Shown: positions 53,931-63,617 of the stretch, piece by piece | Position numbering within the stretch: the stretch's first letter is position 1 | How the letters are laid out: each line of letters starts with the position of its first letter | NCBI GenBank assembly: GCA_965219415.1 | Contig: CBDCNP010000002.1 | Coordinates: forward strand, 3,488,001-3,552,000 | Source of the DNA: Candidatus Marinacidobacterales bacterium | GTDB taxonomy: Bacteria; Acidobacteriota; Vicinamibacteria; Marinacidobacterales; DATDRI01 | Length of the DNA stretch: 64,000 nucleotides | Reading direction: 5' to 3' | The notes under the pieces: generated by a model | The model's input: the letters and a program-made list of their open reading frames with translations, nothing else | The model's database searches: none | What the model was told of the DNA's origin: nothing | Program-made: the position numbers and the translations under genes

Positions 53931-54656
53931 TCATAAGACACCGGAGGCATCGTCGGGTGGACCGGTACGGAGCAGCCGATGCGGTTTCAACGCTCCTGAC
54001 GCCTCCCACGCATCGACATCCGACAAGACTCTGCGAAGAAACGCCTCTACCTCGTTCGTGAAGTGTCGGCACAGATCCATGGATATCTTCACCTCGTTCC
54101 ACCAGTCCATCGGCGTCTTCTCGACCTCCAAACGTCCCGGATACCTCCCAATAAGTCTGGCCACGGTCTTCCGGTGCTTGTCGATGCGGCCTCTGGTGCC
54201 TGCCCGATGCACGATGAGATCCCTGAGGTTTTGCAAGTCGATCAACGTGGACCAAACCTGGTCGTGTTTCACGTTCACGTCACACACGCCGGATTCCGTC
54301 AAGTACTTAACGGCCAGCCGAATACCTCCCCTTTTGTTGTCGAACCGCGACTTCGTCCGGCTCCCGACTCGTCTTGCACACTCGTAGAGCTGATGTTCCA
54401 GAACTGCGTAGATCAGAGTGACGACGGAGTAGGCGGCGAACCGCGGCAACCAGAACCCGAACCGCCTGTCGAGGATCTGTCGCTTAACGTCGTATTCACC
54501 GAAATCAAGACCCTGTCTTTCCGCGAGTTCGCGAAGCGCTGTCTGTTCTCGCTTCTCGTAATCCGGGACGGCTTCCTCCAATAGGCACAGCAGAGCACTA
54601 ACAGCGGCCAACTGCTCGTCCGTCTTTATCCAGAGAGGATCGAAACGTATCTTCAT
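53931..54656 (-). CDS. Hypothetical protein, HEPN-like
   Basis: SVVTLIYAVLEHQL and LRDLIVH (Rx4H); AGGAGG RBS. Confidence 0.6.
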   Translation of the reverse strand: MKIRFDPLWIKTDEQLAAVSALLCLLEEAVPDYEKREQTALRELAERQGLDFGEYDVKRQILDRRFGFWLPRFAAYSVVTLIYAVLEHQLYECARRVGSRTKSRFDNKRGGIRLAVKYLTESGVCDVNVKHDQVWSTLIDLQNLRDLIVHRAGTRGRIDKHRKTVARLIGRYPGRLEVEKTPMDWWNEVKISMDLCRHFTNEVEAFLRRVLSDVDAWEASGALKPHRLLRTGPPDDASGVL

Positions 54657-55041
54657 GGCCCGGTCCTCCTTTCATCCCTCAGCGGAACCGGTGGTCGTTG
54701 TGTCCAGCACAATTTTTGGACACGACGGGACGTCGCGTGCACACGAAGCCGTTCCTGAACGTCAAATACCGCGTGGTCAGCCCATCCGGCATTGCCGAAA
54801 GGATTGCGTCTCTTGAAGTCCGACTCAAACTCTAGCACGTCAGCGGGTTAAGCGGCGGCTGCCAACACTTGATAGCGGAAGCACCCTGACCATGGGGAAG
54901 GCTCAGCCCGAGCCCCTCCCCCTTCGCCACGGGGAGCGTGGCGAGGACGAGAAGAGACGCCACCAGCAGAGGGCGGTGGGCCATCAGTTTCTACACCGTT
55001 TCAATTGTCCGCGTGAGCCAGACCTTCTCCTTCCCCTGTTC

Positions 55042-58000
55042 TTACGGCTCGGATGTGGGGGTTTGTTCTTCGATACCTTTCTTACCTGGCCGCGGCGGCC
55101 TCGGCCTAATCGTCGCGAAGCGGACCGATTCCCCTCGTCGCTCCTGCGTCTTTTTCACTTCATATTCCGAATCGTAGAGGTACTTCAGATTGGCCAGGTC
55201 GAACTGAAACCCGGCGGCGGCAACGATCTTCATCCAATCCCCGTGCGCGGTCTCGTCGGGAGCCTCCGTGCCCCAGGACTTGACCGTGACGTTCGGATAG
55301 CGCGTGCCGAAATCGCGAGAGTTCGGATCCGGCTTCACCCCTTTGAGCGCTTCATAGATACGGACACGCTCATAGTAGTCGCGTTTGAAGTTCGCGGGAT
55401 CGAACCGCCCGCCGTACCGATCGTAGCGGGAGTACATGCGCTCGTTCATTGCCATCACATCCGGCTCGCTCAAAATACCGTCGACGACGTAGTTTCTGAG
55501 GGCAAACGCGACCTCTTTGTGGTGTGGGTACTTGGGGTCGTCTAGATAGCGCACGCTGGTATACCAACCGCGGGGACCGGCCCACGCGTGGTTCGTGGGG
55601 AAGCGGGCCCGCACCCAAGCCGCATAACCGGCGAAGTACTGTACCCACTCGTGTTTGGGATAGCCGTGGGGATTGAGAAAGATGTCCGGAAGCCAAGTCT
55701 TCCACAGCTCGGTGCGGACCTTCGCCTCCGGGTAGATGGGATCCTTCTCCCACATCTGGACGGTCATGTCGATTCCAAGCGAACCGAGATAACCCGCATG
55801 AAGTATGAAATCGGGAGTGATCTTGTAGAACTCGTAGGCCAGCGCCGCTCCGTCCGGGTTGGTAATCGGGTGGATGACCACGTTGACCCGCTCGAGGTAA
55901 CGCTTGTACTCCTCCTCGGTAGCAATGAGCTCCGCGAGGCGCAGGATGTGGCTGGTGCTCGAAACCTCGTTGGCGTGCTGGCGGCCCGAGATAATCAGGA
56001 CCGGCTTCACGGTGCTGGCCTTGGCCTGGGACCAGTGGCTAGCTTCCACCGGCAATTGCACGTCCATCGCCCAGATGTCCTGTCCGAGGAACGAGCGGCC
56101 GGCGTGGTAGGCGGTGAACTCGGGGAATGTGTTCAACTTGGCCACCATTTGCTCGGCTTCCGGGGGACTAATCGGAGCGTCCCAATGAACGATACGCTCC
56201 CCTTTGTGTTCATAGCTTTTCGCTACAGCCAGGATGTCCTTTTGTGGTTTCTTCCCCGTGGCCTTCAGTGGGGCAGCGGCCTCGCCGTCTCCTACCTGAA
56301 AGACGAAGTCCAATTCCCCGAGCGCGGGATACCCGAAGGCCTCGGTGTAGAGTCCATTCCTTTGGAGCTCGGCTAGAGCCTCCACCATGGCAAGTGCCTG
56401 CTCCTGAGAGAGAATCTGCCGATCCACTTGCTCTTCCCGCGCGCGGAGCAAAAGCGCCTCCCTCTCGTCCTGCTCGGTGTTCACCTTGCACTCCAGGAAC
56501 ATTTTCTCCAGACGATTCGAGCCCTCGCGGACCGTCACCGCCGCCGCCTTCGGGGTCTCGACTTCCACCGGTGCGATCTCGAGCTTCCGTTCCACCGGTT
56601 CTCCTCCCGGCTCTTGGAATCGAACCACCACTTGGGGGTAGCCCGCCGGCTTGCCGGTGAAGCGGATGACTGCCTTTCCGGGCCCACCCTTATCGGAAGG
56701 GCGCATGTACGGGAGAATTCGGCCCGGATGCCATAGCTTCTCCTCGGACATCCGCATGCCCATGACATCGAAAAAAGCGATGGTCTCGAAGTAGATGTCT
56801 TCGTGAACGGCGTCTAGCGAAGAAATGATCTCCTCGTCGATACCGATGCGATAGTTGGGCTCGCTCATCGACAGGTCAACCCGCAGCTCCCCGAAGTAAG
56901 GCGCGTAGCGGGCACGGGGCTTGCCCTCGTACAGATCCATGACGTGGCTATAGGCTCGAGGAAGGGTCGATTGCTGGTAGTGATCCCAGAACTTCTCGAT
57001 GTCGGTCAGGATTCTCTCATCCACCACTGCCTCGCCGTCCACCTTCGCCGTCACCCAACCGGTCGTCACGTGCACCTTGTCGTAGTCCGGGAATTGGTCG
57101 AACATCGGACGAATCACGTACTTGGCGTCGAAGCTCCCTCGATAGAGCTCCCCTCCTCGCTTGTCGGTCACAACAACCTCGTAGGTCGGAGACCCCGCCC
57201 CTTTCTGCTCGAACTCCACCGACTCCAGAGGGATGCTCAGGTCCCGCGCCAGAACCTCATCCACAGGATAAAGCTCCAGCAACCAACGGATCTTCGAGTA
57301 CACCTCCTGCCACTTCTCCGGCTCGAGCTCGGCGAAGCGAATTTCGATTTTCCCGATGTCCTTTCCCTGAACCGCGGGAGCCACCACTTCGGTCAGCCAG
57401 CTATAGCCCGCCTTGTATGCCGACAGCACCTGAACCTCGACCGTGCCTCCTCCCACTTTGCCTGAAAGCTCCGAGCGGATCTCCCCCTCCAACTGTTGTC
57501 GGATCTCCGGTGACTCGCTCAGTCGGACTGACAGCTCGACTTCGGAATCGGCCTTCACCTTAGGGAGTACCTTCTCCCGGAAAATCTTTCGAAAATCATC
57601 CACTTCCCAGTCGAACTCCACCGTCTCTTCGTGCAGCGTGACCGAGTCGTGGATGTTGAGGCTACCCACCTTGACGTCCACGGACGCGGCATTCAGTTTC
57701 GCGCCCAGACGCTGCTCCAGCAGACTCTCGAGCTCCGCGCTCCCTTTGTGGATGTACACTTCCGCCTCGACCCGCTCCAGGTCCTTCCCGCCGAGATCCG
57801 ACACCAGCTGGTCCAGCTTGTAGATAGCGGTCGCAGCTTGCCCGGATGCGTTCCGGGCACCAAGAAACCTCCTCGCTTCTTCAGCAACGTCCCCGAGCGT
57901 CGGACGATCTTTCCCCCGCTCATCCAAGTGCGGGAGACGCTGGCTCAAGTAATCCAACGCCGCGTCCAAACCCGCCTCGTCTCCACCCGTCACCACCACC

Positions 58001-59250
58001 GCCGCGGAGTCTTCGATCGCCTTCGGAACAACTTGCACCAGTCCCTCACCGGGTTCTAAGTCCCCGCCGCGGAGCCTTCCCTCGTCGCGCAGAGGTGCGA
58101 TCAGGTCTCCTTCGGTCTCGACCAAGATCGGGTGTCCTTCTTTCGGTACCTCTTCCAGCTTCGACACTTTCTGCGTGAAAGGCAGACGGATTCCTGCCGA
58201 TTCCAAGCCCAATCGCGTCGCCAACCAACCCACTCCAGGTCGTGCGCTTCCCTCTCCCAAGATGACCGCCATCGCGCTCGCGTCCGGGATCATGTCCTTG
58301 TTCGTGTCGTCGAAGAGTCCTTCGATGCTATAGAGGTTCGATAGATCCAGTTGTTTGCTGCCCGGCTTACCCGGAGGAGAAGCCATCGCCGTCTCGGCTC
58401 TCCCGGCACTTGGCTCGGCACTCGGTATGACGATGGTCTCCCGAGCCCCCTCCGCGGAAAGCTCTACTTCAAGGCTCGAAAGCCCCGTATAGCTCAAAAC
58501 CTCCCCGCTCTCACCCCGACCGTGCGCACTGGCCAGCGAGCGAAGCGACTCTTGAGCCGCTTGCAATTGCTGGGAGCTGGAAAGTCCCACCTCCACCGAG
58601 ACCTTCACCGTCGTTGCGCTCCCATCTGCGACCACACGAATCGATCGCGGAGCAGAAGCCGGTGAAGTCCCCGCCTCGGAAAGAAACTTCGCGACGTCGC
58701 TCTCGACCGTCTGGAAACTCGCCCCACCGATCTTCCCCACAAACGGAACGCGGCTGGCCACCGCTCGTGCCGCTGCCAAGCTCCCCGCATCATCCGCTCC
58801 GTACAGCACGAGCGCATCGTTCGAACCGAAAGCCGACTGAACCAAGACCGCCGCTCCTTGACCCGGCCCGAGTTGCGGTGCGTCCGGAAGAGACGAAGCC
58901 CACTTATTGTCCTCGCCGATGACAATGATCGAATGCCCAGCCGAAGCGGGCTCGATTTTCGTGTCCGCCACAACCAGCGGTATGTCCGTGGCCGTGGTCT
59001 CGTACCCTAGCCGGGCCGCAATCTCCGCTGCTCCAGATATGTCCGATGCGGACGCGGACTCCGGGACCACGATACGGGCATTGACGAAATCGGCAATGCC
59101 ATCCCCATTTCGATCCTCCAGGATGGCGCCACGACTGAAAAGCGAATCGAAAGCCAGCCGAGTCGTCTTTTCTTGCAGGCCTTCGAGACCCGGCACTTGA
59201 AAGACCAACACCACCGCGGCGACAACGAGACTCAACTTACGTGCGCTCAT
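55042..59250 (-). CDS. Large secreted M14-family zinc carboxypeptidase
   Basis: Signal peptide; GRQHANE, NPDG, LNPHG motifs in the C-terminal domain; GAGGAGGAG RBS. Confidence 0.88.
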   Translation of the reverse strand: MSARKLSLVVAAVVLVFQVPGLEGLQEKTTRLAFDSLFSRGAILEDRNGDGIADFVNARIVVPESASASDISGAAEIAARLGYETTATDIPLVVADTKIEPASAGHSIIVIGEDNKWASSLPDAPQLGPGQGAAVLVQSAFGSNDALVLYGADDAGSLAAARAVASRVPFVGKIGGASFQTVESDVAKFLSEAGTSPASAPRSIRVVADGSATTVKVSVEVGLSSSQQLQAAQESLRSLASAHGRGESGEVLSYTGLSSLEVELSAEGARETIVIPSAEPSAGRAETAMASPPGKPGSKQLDLSNLYSIEGLFDDTNKDMIPDASAMAVILGEGSARPGVGWLATRLGLESAGIRLPFTQKVSKLEEVPKEGHPILVETEGDLIAPLRDEGRLRGGDLEPGEGLVQVVPKAIEDSAAVVVTGGDEAGLDAALDYLSQRLPHLDERGKDRPTLGDVAEEARRFLGARNASGQAATAIYKLDQLVSDLGGKDLERVEAEVYIHKGSAELESLLEQRLGAKLNAASVDVKVGSLNIHDSVTLHEETVEFDWEVDDFRKIFREKVLPKVKADSEVELSVRLSESPEIRQQLEGEIRSELSGKVGGGTVEVQVLSAYKAGYSWLTEVVAPAVQGKDIGKIEIRFAELEPEKWQEVYSKIRWLLELYPVDEVLARDLSIPLESVEFEQKGAGSPTYEVVVTDKRGGELYRGSFDAKYVIRPMFDQFPDYDKVHVTTGWVTAKVDGEAVVDERILTDIEKFWDHYQQSTLPRAYSHVMDLYEGKPRARYAPYFGELRVDLSMSEPNYRIGIDEEIISSLDAVHEDIYFETIAFFDVMGMRMSEEKLWHPGRILPYMRPSDKGGPGKAVIRFTGKPAGYPQVVVRFQEPGGEPVERKLEIAPVEVETPKAAAVTVREGSNRLEKMFLECKVNTEQDEREALLLRAREEQVDRQILSQEQALAMVEALAELQRNGLYTEAFGYPALGELDFVFQVGDGEAAAPLKATGKKPQKDILAVAKSYEHKGERIVHWDAPISPPEAEQMVAKLNTFPEFTAYHAGRSFLGQDIWAMDVQLPVEASHWSQAKASTVKPVLIISGRQHANEVSSTSHILRLAELIATEEEYKRYLERVNVVIHPITNPDGAALAYEFYKITPDFILHAGYLGSLGIDMTVQMWEKDPIYPEAKVRTELWKTWLPDIFLNPHGYPKHEWVQYFAGYAAWVRARFPTNHAWAGPRGWYTSVRYLDDPKYPHHKEVAFALRNYVVDGILSEPDVMAMNERMYSRYDRYGGRFDPANFKRDYYERVRIYEALKGVKPDPNSRDFGTRYPNVTVKSWGTEAPDETAHGDWMKIVAAAGFQFDLANLKYLYDSEYEVKKTQERRGESVRFATIRPRPPRPGKKGIEEQTPTSEP

Positions 59251-59534
59251 GATCGTTCTCCTCCTCACGACTGGGCGTTTGGCCCTGTGAGTCGTGACCT
59301 CATAGGGCGACTGGCGAGGCAAACCCGTTCAAGGATGACCACAGCGAAGCGAGCCGTCGCGAGAGTGGGAGTGAGTTCCAGCAGCTTAGGGGTAGGCCCC
59401 CAGAGGATGCGTCACGCCGTGTACTGTGTACATCTACGCGACGGAAAACGCAAGGACAACTCCAGATATGGCTAAACGCGCCTTTCGAGTCCCGAGAGCG
59501 ATGCTGTCGCCCCCGACGCACGGGGGGCTCAGTC

Positions 59535-60326
59535 CTAGGAGGCGCCGAACCCGCCTCCACCCGGCGTTTCGATGACGAAGATGTCTCCCGAATTCATCTC
59601 GGTCTTATCGGTGCCTTCGAGCTCTTCGACGGTTCCGTCCTTACGCTCGACCCGGTTGCGGCCCAAGGCTCCGGTCTCACCCCCATCGACACCAAAGGGC
59701 GCTACCCTCCTGTGGCTGGAAAGGATGGCCGCGGTCATCGCCTCGCGGAAGACGATCCGCCGGCAGGTTCCATCGCCTCCCCGCTGCCGACCGGGATCCC
59801 CGGAGCCCCGACGGATCTCGAAGCGTTCTAAGAGTACCGGGAATCGCCACTCGAGCACCTCCGGATCCGTCAGACGAGAGTTCGTCATATGAGTGTGGAT
59901 GGCATCGGTGCCATCGAAGTCGGGGCCGGCGCCGGAGCCGCCGGCAACGGTCTCATAATATTGATGTCGATCGTTGCCGAAGGTGAAATTGTTCATATTG
60001 CCTTGGGAAGCAGCAAGGACACCCAACGCGCCATAGAGAGTGTCAGTAATGATTTGGCTAGTTTCGACGTTGCCGGCGACCACCGCAGCCGGATAGCGAG
60101 GGCTCAGCATCGAGCCTTCGGGGATAGTGATTTCGAGCGGATTGAGGCACCCTTCGTTCATCGGGATCTCGTCATCGACCAACGTACGAAACACGTAGAG
60201 CACCGCGGCACGGCACACCGCACTGGGCGCGTTGAAGTTCGTCGGCTGCTGGGGGCTGGTCTCGGAGAAATCGATGATCGCGCTCCGTCGTTCTTTGTCG
60301 ATGCGGATCTGCACCGCCACTTCGGC
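59535..60326 (-). pseudogene. 5-oxoprolinase/hydantoinase B C-terminal fragment
   Basis: AVVAGNVETSQ, HTHMTNSRLTDPEVLE, ETPGGGGFG; cut by element A at 60327. Confidence 0.85.
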
Positions 60327-61611
60327 TGTGCATCGTCAAAACTGCTCCGCCCACGAAATCAAGGACTTACGCTCCGCTTGAATTCCGGGCCGAAGACGGC
60401 GAAACTCCGCCGCTATGCTCAACGTTGTTGTCTTCCTCGTCTCACTTGGCGTCCGTGCCATTCGGGCGATGTGTCGGCGCCGCGCCGACCTGGTGTTGGA
60501 GAACGTCGCTTTGCGGCAGCAAGTGACGGCGCTGAAGAAAGAGCGCCCACGCCCACCGCTCGACGACACGGAACGGGCTTTCTGGGTTGCCCTTCGAGGT
60601 TCGTGGCCCGTGTGGGCGAGCCGCCTGCTCATCGTCCACGCGGACACCGTAGCCCGTTGGCATCGCGACCGATTCCGACGGTACTGGGCAAAGATCTCGC
60701 AGCGCCGCCATCCCGGTCGGCCTCGGATTGATGCCGAGATTCGTCGCCTCGTCCGCACGATGGCGCAAGACGGCTGGGGGGCGCCACGCATCCATGCTGA
60801 GCTCACCAAGCTCGGTTTCATCATCTCCGAGAGCACGGTGTCGCGATACCTGCCGCGGCGTCCCGCGGAGCCCGACCAGCTGAAACGATGGATGGCTTTC
60901 TTGCGCAACCATAAAGACGATATCGCCGCCATGGATCTGTTCACCGTGCCCACCGCGTCGCTCCGGCTGCTGTACGGCTTCTTCGTCATCGAGCACGGTC
61001 GCCGGCACATCGTTCACTTCAACGCCACGTTCCACCCGACGTCTGCTTGGGTTATTCAGCAACTACGCGAGGCGTTTCCCTACGACACCGCTCCGAGATA
61101 TCTCATCTTCGATCGCGACTTCATCTTTAACGCTGCGGTCATCGAGTTCATCAAGGCAACGGGCACAAAACCCGTTCGCACTTCGTTTCGCAGCCCATGG
61201 CAAAACGGAACCGCGGAGCGGTGGGTCGGCAGCTGCCGTCGCGAGCTCCTTGAGCACGTCGTGGTTCTCGGTGCATGTCATCTCATCCGGCTCGTGCGAG
61301 CTTACATCAGCTACTATCATGAGGACCGTTGCCACTTGGGGCTGAACAAGGACACACCGAACTTGAGAACGGTCACGCACCGACCGTCTCCTACGGCGAA
61401 AGTCGTCGCACTGCCGCGAGTCGGTGGACTGCACCATCGATACGAGTGGCGAGAGGCAGCCTGAGTCAGCTTGGTCGCTCGCGTTACTCGGCTGGTCGCC
61501 GAGAAGTTCGTCCTCAGCACCTTCCCTCGCGCGCTGACCACGCTCTCCAGCATGTGCTCGATGGCAGTCCGGGCCTAGAGTCCAGTCCCGGACAAATAAT
61601 GATGATGGACA
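60327..61611 (+). mobile_element. Element A, full copy
   Basis: TGTGCATCGTCAAAACT...ATGATGATGGACA; no TSD. Confidence 0.9.
60415..61464 (+). CDS. rve DDE transposase (349 aa)
   Basis: Near-identical to the other two full copies. Confidence 0.9.
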   Translation: MLNVVVFLVSLGVRAIRAMCRRRADLVLENVALRQQVTALKKERPRPPLDDTERAFWVALRGSWPVWASRLLIVHADTVARWHRDRFRRYWAKISQRRHPGRPRIDAEIRRLVRTMAQDGWGAPRIHAELTKLGFIISESTVSRYLPRRPAEPDQLKRWMAFLRNHKDDIAAMDLFTVPTASLRLLYGFFVIEHGRRHIVHFNATFHPTSAWVIQQLREAFPYDTAPRYLIFDRDFIFNAAVIEFIKATGTKPVRTSFRSPWQNGTAERWVGSCRRELLEHVVVLGACHLIRLVRAYISYYHEDRCHLGLNKDTPNLRTVTHRPSPTAKVVALPRVGGLHHRYEWREAA

Positions 61612-61733
61612 GCTGACTGACAAACCTCGCCAAAAGGCCATCGAGCAAGTCGAACAGGCTACGGCCCGACTCCTACCACTGTTAAGTACCTCGTTGAATT
61701 CCGACAGCCCCCAGACATAGGATAGGGGCCCCC

Positions 61734-62213
61734 ATGGGGAATGAAAGGAGCTTCCACATCGAGCGCAGCACCAAGATCGCACGGCCAATCGGCGAGGTCT
61801 TCGCGTTCTACGACACTCCGGAAAACCTTCGGCTCATCACCTCCAGCACATCGGGCGTCGAGCTGGAACGGCTCCCGAAAGATCTTCGACCCGGGGCAAT
61901 CTTCGGATACCGTCTTCGCGGTTGGCCACTGGAGTTCCGCTGGGAAGCACTGGTGTCGGAATACCAACCACCCGCGCGCTTCGTCAACGTTCAGCGCCGT
62001 GGTCGATTCACACAATGGAGCCATGAGCGTCATTTCAAGCCGGAAGGGACGTCGACGTGGGTCCGCGAGCTGTTGAAGTATCAGATGCCTCATGGACTTC
62101 TCAGTTCGCTCGCCCACAAACTCTATGTACGAGAGAAACTTGAAGAGCTAGTCAGCACCGGACTGGAAAACGTGAGGGTAGCACTGGAACGAGGGAAGAC
62201 CGACCAGTCATGA
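61734..62213 (+). CDS. SRPBCC family protein
   Basis: VFAFYDTPENL, F..VQRRGRFTQWSHERHF. Confidence 0.8.
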   Translation: MGNERSFHIERSTKIARPIGEVFAFYDTPENLRLITSSTSGVELERLPKDLRPGAIFGYRLRGWPLEFRWEALVSEYQPPARFVNVQRRGRFTQWSHERHFKPEGTSTWVRELLKYQMPHGLLSSLAHKLYVREKLEELVSTGLENVRVALERGKTDQS

Positions 62214-62674
62214 GTCGAGTCGAGCGAACTACCCTAATCGATAGCCGGACAGAGCTGGTCTTTCAATTCCACGACGATCCACGTAACCTCCCAAAGATCC
62301 TTCCTGCTTATCTTCGAGTCGACATCGTCGAGGTGCCCAAGAGCCTGAAGCGAGGGTCCGTCTTGAAGTACGCGATGTACGTCGGTCCCTTACGGTTCGA
62401 CTGGACCGGTGAGATCGTCGAGTACGCAGCCCCTTCACAGTTCGTGGACGTTCAGGCAGCCGGGCCTTTTCAGAGCTACCGCCACACTCACGTGTTCACC
62501 CCCGAAGGGCCCGGAACGCGCATGACCGACATCATCGAGTATGAGCTCCCGCTCGGGCCGCTAGCGGAGCTGGCCAACCGCATCCACTTTCAAAGTCGTC
62601 TGGAGGAAGTGCTTGAGCATGGGCAGCAAATCACGCGCACCTTGCTGGAAGAAACTCCCAAGTCAAAAGGGTAG
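62210..62674 (+). CDS. SRPBCC family protein
   Basis: VFQFHDDPRNL, FVDVQAAGPFQSYRHTHVF, YELPLGPL; ATGA overlap. Confidence 0.85.
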   Translation: MSRVERTTLIDSRTELVFQFHDDPRNLPKILPAYLRVDIVEVPKSLKRGSVLKYAMYVGPLRFDWTGEIVEYAAPSQFVDVQAAGPFQSYRHTHVFTPEGPGTRMTDIIEYELPLGPLAELANRIHFQSRLEEVLEHGQQITRTLLEETPKSKG

Positions 62675-62936
62675 TGCTTGGCCTACTCCACGCTCGCGTC
62701 CTAACTCAAGAACCCGGCGAGCGACCGCGACGTCCTCGATCGAGATTCCTTGCGATTCGAAAAGCGTAATGTCTTCCTCCGTCCGGCGACCCGACGCTTT
62801 CCCACACGCCAGCTGACCGAGCTCCGAGACCTCGTCCCACGCGAGCTCACCCTCTGATATCGGAGCAATTAGATCGCCGCACTCTAGGAGTGCCTGCTCC
62901 TCGGAGTCGACGACGATGCACGACGAGCGGCGTACC

Positions 62937-63215
62937 TGTCCCTTCCATAAACTCGAGCTGTATGAGATTGGCGAACTTCCTGCAACCAGGATGCTTTGGT
63001 CGTCTTCATGTGGGACGTTTTAAGAGTCGGCGTCGGCTCTACTCAGGGGTAGAGGTGTAAGCTGGTGCGAAGTCCGGCAGCCGTTCCGAGCGGATCGGCT
63101 CAAGCAGCGCGTCGAGTGTAATGATGATGGAGACCACCGACCTTTGGAATGGCACTGACTTTGCCCATCGCCGGTGACTCTACCCGGCGAGGCTCGGGCG
63201 CGTCCTTCTCAAGCG
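62937..63215 (-). mobile_element. Right end of another rve element
   Basis: TGTCCCTTCCATAAACTC end (also inverted at 30559); VGGLHHHYTRRAA C-terminus. Confidence 0.65.
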
Positions 63216-63430
63216 GGTGCTTGCGCTGTTTGCTGTTGGTGATGGGTGATGTCTTAAGATTCCTGTCAAAGAAAAACGATGTATGGTTCCCCAAGCTCAA
63301 ACCCGTCCCCGTCCTGTGCCAAAACTCGGCCCTTTTGAAATAGACCATAAATCAACAGCTTAGTGTCTGCGTATTCCCCTCTCACGGCAGATCTAAACCG
63401 CGCAATCGACGCTGGATCGACTTTTTGCGG
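63216..63430 (+). mobile_element. Stack of truncated ends: IS1-MITE (63216), IS256 left end (63245), CGTCC-MITE (63310)
   Basis: Each segment matches full copies elsewhere in the window. Confidence 0.85.
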
Positions 63431-63617
63431 AACACGGGTCTGCCAGACGATCTTCGTCTCCTCGGTGGAGTTCCGCTGGATGAGTTCGAGGTTGGCCAAT
63501 TCGAAGTCCGCTCGGCCCACTTGAGAGACTCATGAAATTCACGAAATAGGCCGCTCTTTGCCTTCTCCCCACGCGCGATCCAGGCGTAGAACGTGGCTTC
63601 ATTGATGCCTGCGACCT
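63430..63617 (-). pseudogene. Fragment of the terminase-small-like HTH repeat family
   Basis: AGINEATFYAWIARGEKAKSGLFREFHES / ADFELANLELI, homologous to 15899-17410. Confidence 0.55.

Noticed and set aside
3587-63400. CGTCCTGTGCC repeats as a CRISPR array or integron attC sites
   Set aside because: Spacing is irregular at kb scale and both orientations occur. There are no cas or intI genes and no RYYYAAC...GTTRRRY structure. The repeats pair with a second end and truncate genes as transposon termini do.
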